A stretch of DNA of 64,000 nucleotides from a cyanobacterium endosymbiont of Rhopalodia gibba (GTDB taxonomy: Bacteria > Cyanobacteriota > Cyanobacteriia > Cyanobacteriales > Microcystaceae): contig CP067995.1 in the NCBI GenBank assembly GCA_045159875.1, forward strand, positions 256,001 to 320,000, read 5' to 3'. Below, piece after piece: positions 11,000-20,546 of the stretch. Every line of letters starts with the position of its first letter. Positions within the stretch are counted from its first letter, which is position 1. Below the pieces are notes generated by a model. The model did not search any database and had not been told where the DNA came from. It saw nothing but the letters and a program-made list of their open reading frames with translations. The position numbers and the translations under genes were made by a program.

Positions 11000-11950
11000 G
11001 TATATCTCTACTTAAAATTCTTCCCCTTAAAATTTTTAAGGGCTTCTCTTCTCAATCAATTATATTCGTGGATAAATTGCCTACTGTAATTAATATTTAT
11101 TTCTCTAGATAACGCACTATTTTTTATATTTTATACATAAAATACTTTTTAAAAGGAAGTACTCTATTCTTAGATATAAGTAACTTTTACTTTTTAATTA
11201 CTTAATTTTTGGCTTAAGCAAACAAAATATAGAGTTAAGTAAGATTTTTAAACATCGTTTTATTCTAGATTATTTTCCTATTGTTGTCAGTGGATATTCA
11301 TGATTTTATTGTTTTGTTATATTCAATTTATATGCTACTACTTCGACACGTATGATTAATTGATTAATGACTTGTTTACAGAAATTTCTAAGATCTATAC
11401 AAATTTATTCAATTTTGGTAAAAACCTTTTTTTCCAAGTCTCTAGCTATTCTACTATTTCTTTTGACATTCTTATTCCCATGGTTGCTATGCTTACTCTT
11501 TTATCTAAAAATACTAAAATTACATAATGACTGTCTAGTTCTTTAATGACAGCAATTTTATTTAAATTTTAATATAGTTTTTGGATGCTTAAATTAGTAT
11601 AAATCCAACTATTTATATCTCATTTAAATTTTAAATAATGGGTAGTAATAAATTTTTTAAAGCTTAAAAATTAAATTATAGTTAGTAATAATTATCTAAT
11701 AATTTAGACATAAAATTGACGATAAAATTATCTGTATAGTAGAATTATTACTAACTTTTTTCGATATTTTTAATTTTTACATCATAGGTTCAGCAAAACT
11801 ACTTTATTCTTAACTACTAATTATAGTTTAATAGATAATTTAATACTTCTATTAAATGTACATTTAAAAAAAATAGTAGGTCAACCATCATAAATAGTTA
11901 TTTAATTTTGATTAAATCAACTATTTTTTTAATACAAAATATAGACTTTA
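11000..11950 (-). mobile_element. Fossil ISL3-family transposase (best-preserved core about 11290-11570)
   Basis: LNKIAVIKELDSHYVILVFLDKRVSIA and EIVE*LETW..VFTKIE*ICIDLRNFCKQVINQLIIRVEVVAYKLNITKQ*NHE match ISL3 GIDEIAVVKG.GNYYVVLVDLDKR.PIG and VLSQIEEVSIDLW.PYK.LV.ELMPNAEVVADRFHVMKQVN.E. Confidence 0.65.
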
Positions 11951-12988
11951 TATCCTAGTATAAACTATAAAAAAAGCTTGAATTGACTCTCGTTATATAT
12001 GTTTAAATTATCGGAGACAACAATACTATACTAAAGTTTTTTAGAGTCTTTTGAGAACTAATTTCTATGATTTAGTAATTTCTTAAAAAGAGAGTTTAAT
12101 TAACTAAAATTTTGATGTTCTTCAAGAAATAATAGGTTCACTACATCTAGTAACTTTTTTTATTCCTATTATTGTCATTATATTATTGAATAGATTGTTT
12201 TCTAAATGTTCTGGTGTAAAACTTAAAATATATACTCATAAACGAAATTAATTAAATTAATAACTGATTCATGATGACAATCAATTGTTAATTTTATGAG
12301 CTTTGTCCACTAATCTTAGAGTCTTTACTTTTGTACTATCTACATTCTTAAGTCTACTAGCTTATCTTACTTAAAGTCTTATAATGCCTGATTATTGAAT
12401 CATATCCTTTTTCAAGGAGAAAGTACATCTTAGCACTAAAAATAATTTAAAAACAAACTTCAAACTTACTATTAAGAAAAACTTAACATAGATAAGCTAG
12501 TTTCTATGACTATAGCATTAGCAATTAATTCTTCTTATGTTCTCCTACTATAAGTATCAATTCCCCTTTTAGGGAATAAGATTAAATCATAAATCAGAGT
12601 GTTTATTATAATTTTTAAATTAGTCTTATACCGATTTTTTACAAAAAACCTGAAAAGTTTTTAATTAGATATTTTTACAAAATGAACAATTTTTAGTAAA
12701 TGGGTATTCAAAGTTAAGATAAATAAATTAATCTCTAATCATAATATTAAGTAAGTCCAATAAAATATTCGTATAGATTAAAAAGAATATACATCGTTAT
12801 ACGTATTTTTTTTGTTTAAAAGTTAAGTATTAGTTGATCAAACTTTGTCTAAACAAAAACATAACCTGATTTAGCAACACGATTAATGCAAGCTTTTATC
12901 TAGATTATCAACAAACTAAAACATTGTTGTAGTCATACATAAATTTCAGTGTTTAGCTGTAACGATTATACTTTAAATTTAATCATCA

Positions 12989-14656
12989 TTATTTAATCTT
13001 AAAATACAACAATATTATCCCTAATAATAATAATATTTTGGTTAACCAATCACCCCATTGGACGTATAAAGTGCGGCTGTGACTACGATAAATTTTTCCC
13101 TGATGTAATTGATAAGTGTTAATATTAGATATCCATAAAGTTTGACCACGAGGATTGATAATGCCAGAATACCCGGTGTTAGTTACTCTTGCCATCCATT
13201 TACCTGTTTCAATGGCTCTAATTATATCTTGAGCATGATGTTGGGCAGGCATTGCTGCACTATAATGGGCATTATTGGATGCTGTAATTATAAATTCTCC
13301 ACCTATTTTTGCTTGACGACGAAAATGTTCACTAAAGGCTGATTCATAGCAAATTCCTACAATTGCTTGACCAAAGGGAGTCTTAAAAATTTGATCGTTA
13401 TCCCCTGCTTTTAAATGACTGTCTAAAGGAGAAAGTCGATCAATAACTTTGCCTAAAATAAATTCAAAAGGAATATATTCTCCCAAAGGAACCAATTTTA
13501 CTTTATCAAAACGGCTTAGTATTTTTCCTTCTCCTGTCACTGAAAATAGGCTATTAGTATAGCTGTTGTTTCTCCTGCCAAATGCTCCCAATAAAATAGG
13601 GACTTTGTGTGTCAAGATTTCTGAATATAAAGGACTATTAATTACAATATAATTCCAGTTAAAGGGTAAAGCAGTTTCTGGCGTTATGATTAAATCAACT
13701 CCTTGATAAGCTAATAGTTTATAGCCATTTGTATAAGCATGAGTCGATTTTTGTAAACCCTCAGTATAAAGTTTTATCGTATTGGGAATATTACCTTGAA
13801 TAATACCTACTTTAATAGCACTCTTTTCTGATTTTAAAACTGGAACATTATATAAAAATAATCCTATTAAATGTGAACTCAATAACACTATTTTTGACAT
13901 AAAAATAAGAGTTAAAGAGTGACAATAATATAGATTAGATCTGAGGCAATTATATTTTTTTTTTTTATACAAAAAAAATAGTTGAGATTGATTAGTCTGC
14001 AAAACAATTCCTTCTGCAATTAATCCATTAACAGCAACAATAGTCGCAGTTACAGTCGAAAATCCGGAGAATTGACTGAGTTGTAGAATAGCTAAATTAT
14101 CAGGACTTTGCGTGTATGAAAGTGAAGTCCACCATAAAGGTCCTTGACTCCAAATTAACTCCAATAAACACCAGATTGCAATACCAAAAACAACTCTTAA
14201 GCAAGAATTAATTAAAGTATTTTTAAGACAAATATTTTTATACTTTAGATGATCAAAAAACCTAATAGTCAATGACCAAATAACAACCAATACAGCTCCC
14301 CAAAGGGTAATAAATAGCCAACAAATAATAGCAATTAATAAACTAGTAAACCAAGAAAATTTCATCCAAGTCATCGGATGAATTCCCGTAATCCAAAATA
14401 AACTGAATCCATGATAACCTAGTCCCCAAAATAAAGCAATCCAGGTTTTATTATTAAAAATAAAAGATTTTAGAGTTGGTTTCTCTTCGAATTGATTAAT
14501 ATAATTATGAGTTTTAATTGTAAAAAACCATAGAGGAATTAAAGCTAACCATGCTAAGTAAAAAGCCGATATGGGAGCAGTTGATAATCCCATTAATATT
14601 CCACTAAAAAAAGTTATAATTATTGGCATATCAAAATTAAAAAAATCATTTGTCAT
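12989..14656 (-). CDS. lnt: Apolipoprotein N-acyltransferase
   Basis: Multi-TM N-terminus; nitrilase-fold triad motifs QGNIP, TPETALP, KVKLVPLGEYIP, ICYES; RAIETG and NTGYSG. Confidence 0.93.
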   Translation of the reverse strand: MTNDFFNFDMPIIITFFSGILMGLSTAPISAFYLAWLALIPLWFFTIKTHNYINQFEEKPTLKSFIFNNKTWIALFWGLGYHGFSLFWITGIHPMTWMKFSWFTSLLIAIICWLFITLWGAVLVVIWSLTIRFFDHLKYKNICLKNTLINSCLRVVFGIAIWCLLELIWSQGPLWWTSLSYTQSPDNLAILQLSQFSGFSTVTATIVAVNGLIAEGIVLQTNQSQLFFLYKKKKYNCLRSNLYYCHSLTLIFMSKIVLLSSHLIGLFLYNVPVLKSEKSAIKVGIIQGNIPNTIKLYTEGLQKSTHAYTNGYKLLAYQGVDLIITPETALPFNWNYIVINSPLYSEILTHKVPILLGAFGRRNNSYTNSLFSVTGEGKILSRFDKVKLVPLGEYIPFEFILGKVIDRLSPLDSHLKAGDNDQIFKTPFGQAIVGICYESAFSEHFRRQAKIGGEFIITASNNAHYSAAMPAQHHAQDIIRAIETGKWMARVTNTGYSGIINPRGQTLWISNINTYQLHQGKIYRSHSRTLYVQWGDWLTKILLLLGIILLYFKIK

Positions 14657-14660
14657 TTAG

Positions 14661-16032
14661 TCATTTAACTTCGGCAGGCAAATATTTATTAATATTTTTG
14701 CGGTTGATTTTATCAATGTGTTTGAGTAAATCTTTATTTTTAAAAAAATGAACAGTAGTAGTTCCCCTGACCTGAACATTCTGAGCAATTTCAGGATTAA
14801 TTTTGATGTCAACTTCAATAGAATATATTCCTCTTTCATATTCATCAATAAACTTATTTGAAATCAGCTTTATAATATGACATTGACCGCAATTAGGAGA
14901 GATATATTTAGCCATAATCAAGCATTCTCTTTTATGGAATAATTTTTGCAGGACATATCCTCCCATATAACGAGTTTCGTTAATATTAAAAGTCTCTGCT
15001 GTATAAATAACAGAAGCTGATCCTTTTTTATATTTGTTTTCTTGCTTTTTTAGGGTTATCTCATCTTCTTGAATTAGGTTATGTGCTGATAGCCATCGTT
15101 GTGTAATTAATACCGCAATACAATATGTTCCGGCGGCAGTAACTGCTTGGCGATATTCGTGATTTTGTGCGTCGTCTCCAACCGCATAAACCCTTTTAAT
15201 ATTGGTTTGCACTGTTCCTGTTTCAACAAAAAGATAACCAGCATCATTGAGTTCTAACCGTTCTTTAAGTAAGTCTGTATTAGGGATATGATAGATAGCA
15301 TCAAATAACCTTTCAACCTTTTCTTTCGTCTGATTGTTACGAATTGTTGTCCCTTCGAGGGAAGAATCATTAGGGAGCACGCCTACTACTTCTTTATTCC
15401 AGTGAATGATAATATTTAAATGCTTAAAAACTCGATTTTGCAGAGTTTCACCAGCCCGCATATTCTTTCGACGGACTAGGATATGAATCAATGAGCCGCA
15501 CTTAGTTAAATAAAGAGCTTTTTCTGTTGCGGTATCTTCACCTCCCACAATTGTTAGTTCTTGATTTCTAAACATCGGGATTGCTCTATCACAGATGACA
15601 CAGACAGAAATTCTCTAACCCCAAAACTTCTCTTCATTACTAATTCCTCAGCGTTTAGGGATTTCTCCTGTAGCAACGATTAGACTATAGGTTGATATTT
15701 TCCCTTCGGTCGAACGCACCTTGAAAAGACGCTGACTTAAATGGATTTTTACTACATATTTAGTATAACATTGAGTTCCCCGACGTTTTGTTTTCGTACT
15801 CATCTATTTCATTAGTTCGGGGCAGGTAATACTTTCAGAAAACCCTGAAATTATTTATACTTTTACGGTTAGAACTCGTGATGATCATTATTTGTCCACC
15901 ACGAATACCTGCCACTTTTAAACATTCAAGAATAACAGGTTTTAATTTAGCCCGTCCAGCGTCAATCGATGTGGTGCAATCTGCTGGAACTGAGCCAAAA
16001 ATGACTAAGTTTTCTATTGCTCTATTAACCAT
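14661..16032 (-). pseudogene. trxB: NADPH-thioredoxin reductase C (NTRC: TrxB fused to thioredoxin), disrupted
   Basis: From ATG 16032: ENLVIFGSVPADCTT (decayed GSGPAG), GGQIM, a frameshift near 15850, in-frame stops (ELMK*, KR*GIS, KFWG*RISVCVICD), the NADPH domain, HEYRQAVTAAG, then a C-terminal Trx domain with SPNCGQC (ancestral CGPC). ORF-track pieces 15835-16107 and 14661-15575 are fragments of it. Confidence 0.9.
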
Positions 16033-16401
16033 TAGGTTTAAATAAATCACTGTTGATAATTGCGTTCTAATTCTACTAATAATTAGAGTTTTTTTGGAAT
16101 TTTTCAAAAAAACTATTTTCTATGCATTGTCTTCTACACATTAGAGTTTATAACCTTTAAACGAATCGAAACTTACTTTAATAAAAGTAACTAAAATAGA
16201 GAAGATTTTTCTTCAAAAGAAATCCATAAACAAGGCAAAAAATTCTAGGACAATTAAAATGATTTTTGTGATTATCTAAATAAGCAGATTGTAGTATTTT
16301 AAAGGATACATAGAAGAACTGTAGAGCAGATGAAAAATAACTAAAGAGATGTTACCTTAATATTCACTGAAAACTTTAGATTATTCCGATTAACCTTCAT
16401 T

Positions 16402-17760
16402 ATGAAGCGTCGTCAATTCATTAAATATAGCAGCCTAGGAACGGCTAGTTTAGGAATAACTGCTTGCGCTCAAGGTAATCTAGATTTCCTTCGTTCGTCA
16501 GAAACTTCATTAAACCTCAACAATAAATTTGGCTCATTGGAAAAAACTAACCTAATTCTAGGGTTTGTTCCGACGACTGATGCTGCTCCCTTGATTATTG
16601 CCCAAGAAAAGGGGTTTTTTAAGCGTTATGGCTTAGAAGTTACACTTAAACGTCGATCCTCCTGGGAAGCAATCGAAAAGGGTTTATTAAGCTGGCAATT
16701 AGATGCCGCACAAGCTCCCTTTGCCTTACCTATGTCTGCACAGTTAGGGAAACAAAAAGCTCCCCTGATTTCCCTGATGAATCTTAATTTGAATGGTAGT
16801 GCCATTACCCTTACTAAGAAAGCTTGGGAAAAAGGCTTACGTCCCTCCCTAAATTATAATGATTTTAGGGATTTTGAAAGAAGTTTTCGCCGATATATTC
16901 GAGGTAATGGACAGACTCGTTTTGCTATAGATTCCTCAATTTCAATGGATGCCTATTTATTACGTTATTGGTTAGCAGCTATGGGAGTTGATCCTGATCG
17001 TGAGGTAAGATTATTAGAATTTCAGTCCAACCAATTGATATATAAATTACAAGCACAAATGATAGAAGGCTATAGTATTTCAGCTCCATGGACGCGCTCT
17101 GCAATTATTGAAAATACAGGATTCATCATCAATATTAGTCGAGAAATTTGGCGAGGACATCCTAATAAGATCTTAGCCGCTATGGATGGTTGGGTGAGAA
17201 GACATCCTGTTACTGCACGATCTTTAATGGCTGGGTTATTAGAAGCTTGTCAATATTGCGAGCACCAGCGTCATCACAGAGAAATGACTGAAATATTAGC
17301 TCAAAGTCAATATTTAAACTTGGATAGGACTTTAATTGAACCAACTTTAAATGGGAAGTATGCTTATACCAATAACACCCCTAACAGTAAATTAGTAGAG
17401 ATTCCCGACTTTACTATTTTTCACTATCAAGATACCCCCTATCTTAAGATACCCGATCATGCTAATTATCCTTGGCGTTCTCATGCTGTATGGTTGCTAA
17501 CCCAAATGATTCGCTGGAATCAACTGGAAACTACTATTTATCCGAAAGATGCTGATAGAATCTTAGAGCGAATTTATCCTATTTCTCTCTATAAAGAAGT
17601 AGCTGAAGCCCTAAATATTAAAATCCCTAGTGAATCAATGAAATCTGAACCTACTAACGCTTTCATAGATGGGCGACCTTTTGATCCGAGTCAACCTCTA
17701 GTTTATCTCAATCAGTTTTCTATTCGGGCAAGTTATTCTCAATTTTTGAGTTTCGTTTAA
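16402..17760 (+). CDS. CmpA/NrtA-family ABC substrate-binding lipoprotein (orphan)
   Basis: Tat signal MKRRQFIK, lipobox ITAC, LEKTNLILGFVPTTDAAPLIIAQEKGFF, LNLNGSAIT, YPWRSHAVWLLTQMIRW. Confidence 0.88.
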   Translation: MKRRQFIKYSSLGTASLGITACAQGNLDFLRSSETSLNLNNKFGSLEKTNLILGFVPTTDAAPLIIAQEKGFFKRYGLEVTLKRRSSWEAIEKGLLSWQLDAAQAPFALPMSAQLGKQKAPLISLMNLNLNGSAITLTKKAWEKGLRPSLNYNDFRDFERSFRRYIRGNGQTRFAIDSSISMDAYLLRYWLAAMGVDPDREVRLLEFQSNQLIYKLQAQMIEGYSISAPWTRSAIIENTGFIINISREIWRGHPNKILAAMDGWVRRHPVTARSLMAGLLEACQYCEHQRHHREMTEILAQSQYLNLDRTLIEPTLNGKYAYTNNTPNSKLVEIPDFTIFHYQDTPYLKIPDHANYPWRSHAVWLLTQMIRWNQLETTIYPKDADRILERIYPISLYKEVAEALNIKIPSESMKSEPTNAFIDGRPFDPSQPLVYLNQFSIRASYSQFLSFV

Positions 17761-17764
17761 TTCA

Positions 17765-18460
17765 ATAAAAGCTAACAATAACTTTATTGATTTATTATCC
17801 TAATCAATAAAGGTTAGTTTCTACAGTTGCTAATTTTAGTTTTAATCATGAAAGTAATATTATTTATGTGGACAACATACGGATTTTGAAGCTGTATTAC
17901 TTCTTGTGGCAACTTAACAGATTTAATATTACCTATCGCATCACCGAGCTTTTTTTCCCTTATTTCTACTACTGGACTAGTGGAAGCTGTTCTGTAAATT
18001 CATTTTTTTATAGTATTTCTCACCTTACTCTTTAGGTCAACCGTCAAAATGGTTGTTTACTTGATTAATTATGAAGATGGCATGTGAAAAACAATTGTGC
18101 TAATCTTTTCTTGATTATTAGCAATAATGCTAAGTTATTCAGTAATCGCTTATGATTTAAGGTTAATTTTCTTATTTTTTATTTAAAATAAGAAAATTAA
18201 ATAAGAATTAAGACAATTACAACTACTGGTAAAATACCATATCAACTTATTTTTTAGAGGAAAATATACAAATTGTAATCATATAGTTTATTACTAAATT
18301 TCCAGAAATTATTAATATTAATTAATAACTTTACCTGTAACATAGTTTTCATGAAATAGGAGTAGAGATTATTGGCATAACTATCTGTTATCTGACTACT
18401 GATTTAAGTGAAGGGATAATTTTTGAACAAGATGTCACCAGAGTAAGTCATCGTGATACA
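17765..18460 (+). pseudogene. purU: Formyltetrahydrofolate deformylase, heavily decayed
   Basis: Collinear fragments across frames: TITLLIYYPNQ*RLVSTVANF..., HTDFEA, WQLNRFN, *VNRQNGCLLD*L*RW, LIISNN, QLQLLVKYHINL..GKY, KFPEIINI, and HEIGVEIIGITICYLTTDLSEGIIFEQDVTRVSHRDT (PurU RGVKIIGATAHY.T.DLDEGPIIEQDV.RVSHRD). Confidence 0.85.
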
Positions 18461-19392
18461 AATGAAAACAAGAACAAAAATCTTATGTTTAAAGACAAGA
18501 GACACGAAAGTTTAAAAAATTGCAAGCTTGGTTAAACTTTTGGTCAATATAAGAAGAAAAGCAATTCCTAGATGGATTATTAGAGGAAGAGAAGGATTAT
18601 GGGAGTATCCCAAAAGTTGAATAAAATATAAAATATCTTGAATAGCCCTCAGAAAAGATGAAAAAACTGATAATAGGCGATAATTATTGAAAACTTTTAA
18701 AAAAGAAAGAAAAATAAAAATTTATTCTCGGCAGATCTGGGAAGACCGTTTTATTCAAAAAATAATAAGACTATCAAGATATTCTTTTTGTCAAAACATG
18801 GTTTAACCCATGAATTTTAGTATTTTATAGATATCTAATGATTAAAATATAAAAATAATTTTACAAAACAAAAAAGAGGGAATTTAAATATTTTATAAAT
18901 ATAAAAAATAAGTAATAATTAGAATTATTTTATGTCAATAGATACTCTTAAAAGAAAGTAAATTTTGTAGTTTATAGATAAATTAGGTGGAGAAGATTCA
19001 AAAAATATTTTAAATATGAAAGAATAGATCAGTAATTATTAAATTTTTTGACTAAGTACGTATTAAGTAGTTTAGGTAAAGTCGGGCTTAAGGAACGAGA
19101 AAATATATTTATTTCTCATGCCAACTTCTATTATGGAGATAAATATGATAGAAGGTAACTAACTTTATATAAAAGTTTATTTTTTTAATATGTTTAATGT
19201 AAGTTAGTTGAGTAATTTTTCCTTTAAATTAGTTTTTTTTAAAAAAATATTTAAGTAATTTAAGTGAAACTTAAATTACTTAAATATAGAAATGTAAAAT
19301 TACTTTCTTTATATTTATCTAAATCCACTTAAGATAAAAAGTTGCTCACAAGTGATGATTTGATGTTAAAATACATTAGCATTAATCTAATT

Positions 19393-19730
19393 TTACAAAC
19401 TCCCAACTTCTAATTCCAAATTCCTAGGTAAAATAAAAACAGAATTTTTCGAGAACAATTACAGTGATTGTATAGCCTTAGCTGCTCATTGGGCATAACC
19501 TATCAGCTATAACAAGATTCCTGCTCTGTAAACAGTATTGGGTGTGATTTGAGTAGTAGTTTCACACACCAAAGAGTTTGAAGTTGATGTAGGTTTAGTG
19601 TAATTAACTCGAAATCCTAGGACTTTAGCCTGATCCTAAGAACGGTTAGAAAACTTAGGTCGGGAATTACCAATGGACAGCAACCTAGCTTGTGAGCCAT
19701 GGTTAGTAGATCAGCTCGTTTTCAAGTTAA
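19393..19730 (-). pseudogene. Decayed conserved-hypothetical gene fragment
   Basis: One frame reads ...PKFSNRS*DQAKVLGFRVNYTKPT...ITPNTVYRAGILL*LIGYAQ*AAKAIQSL*LFSKNSVFILPRNLELEVGSL*, protein-like and GC-richer than its flanks; family not identified. Confidence 0.4.
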
Positions 19731-19871
19731 TTCTTCACTAATTCATTCTCAATCTATCCTTCAACATTAGGATCTAAGATTTCCGTAGAATAGTAATTGT
19801 GACAAAGTTAACCTATATTTTGGGTAACTTACTCAATTTTTTTACTCTAACCCGTAGGAGGGGAAATTATA

Positions 19872-20297
19872 ATGACAAACAAACCCAATGTTTCCCGAGA
19901 AAATGATATTGAACAGGTAGATGTCGAAATCATTAAAGCCGACCGGACAACCTCAAATAAACCCCCTGCCCGACCAATACAAGATGAAACTGAAGCGTTA
20001 ATTAAAGCTATTAAAACCAAAGCCTTTTCTGAAGTCAAAAAAGCAGGAGAATTTGCCATAGATAATTATTTAGAAGCAGTTCGTAAGGCCCGCCAAGATA
20101 TCGAGCGTCGACAACTATTTGAACCGGAACAAATTGAAGATGCTATAAGGCAAATTCAAAAAGAAATTGAAAAAGACTGGGATTCGATTGTTAGAGAAGT
20201 CACCAGTTTTGGTGATCGCCTTAATGAAGCTGCTAAAGCTGCCTGGGACATTCTAACTGCCTCGAAAGCTCAAGCAGATGAGGATAAGAAAAAGTAG
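19872..20297 (+). CDS. Conserved cyanobacterial helical hypothetical protein
   Basis: 141-aa ORF with a good SD (aggagg) upstream; acidic, amphipathic; C-terminal FGDRLNEAAKAAWDILT. Confidence 0.75.
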   Translation: MTNKPNVSRENDIEQVDVEIIKADRTTSNKPPARPIQDETEALIKAIKTKAFSEVKKAGEFAIDNYLEAVRKARQDIERRQLFEPEQIEDAIRQIQKEIEKDWDSIVREVTSFGDRLNEAAKAAWDILTASKAQADEDKKK

Positions 20298-20546
20298 GTG
20301 AAAGGAAAGGAGAGGGGGAAAGTGGAAGCGGAGTGACAACAAAAACTCCAACTTTCAACTTCTACTTTCTTTCTCTGTTCCAATTACAGTTGTCAAAAAT
20401 CCGAGGATGACGTTAAATTTAGCTAAGATGAATTAAAAATTTACACACATTAGCATTATTTTTGTCAGAAAACTTGATAAAAGTGGAATATTACACGGCT
20501 GACTGACACAATTTTTTTGATTAACCATTAAGAGAAACACTAACCT

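Noticed and set aside
13955..13966. A12 tract in the lnt coding strand as a phase-variation site
   Set aside because: The frame is intact and long A/T runs are common throughout this window.
14661..16107. Two separate functional genes (304-aa reductase and 90-aa ORF)
   Set aside because: Both are fragments of one frameshifted NTRC pseudogene.
18700..18830. RAYT/IS200 transposase-like words (IW...VKHG)
   Set aside because: The match needs several frame changes; a different single frame reads through more plausibly as an unidentified decayed gene.
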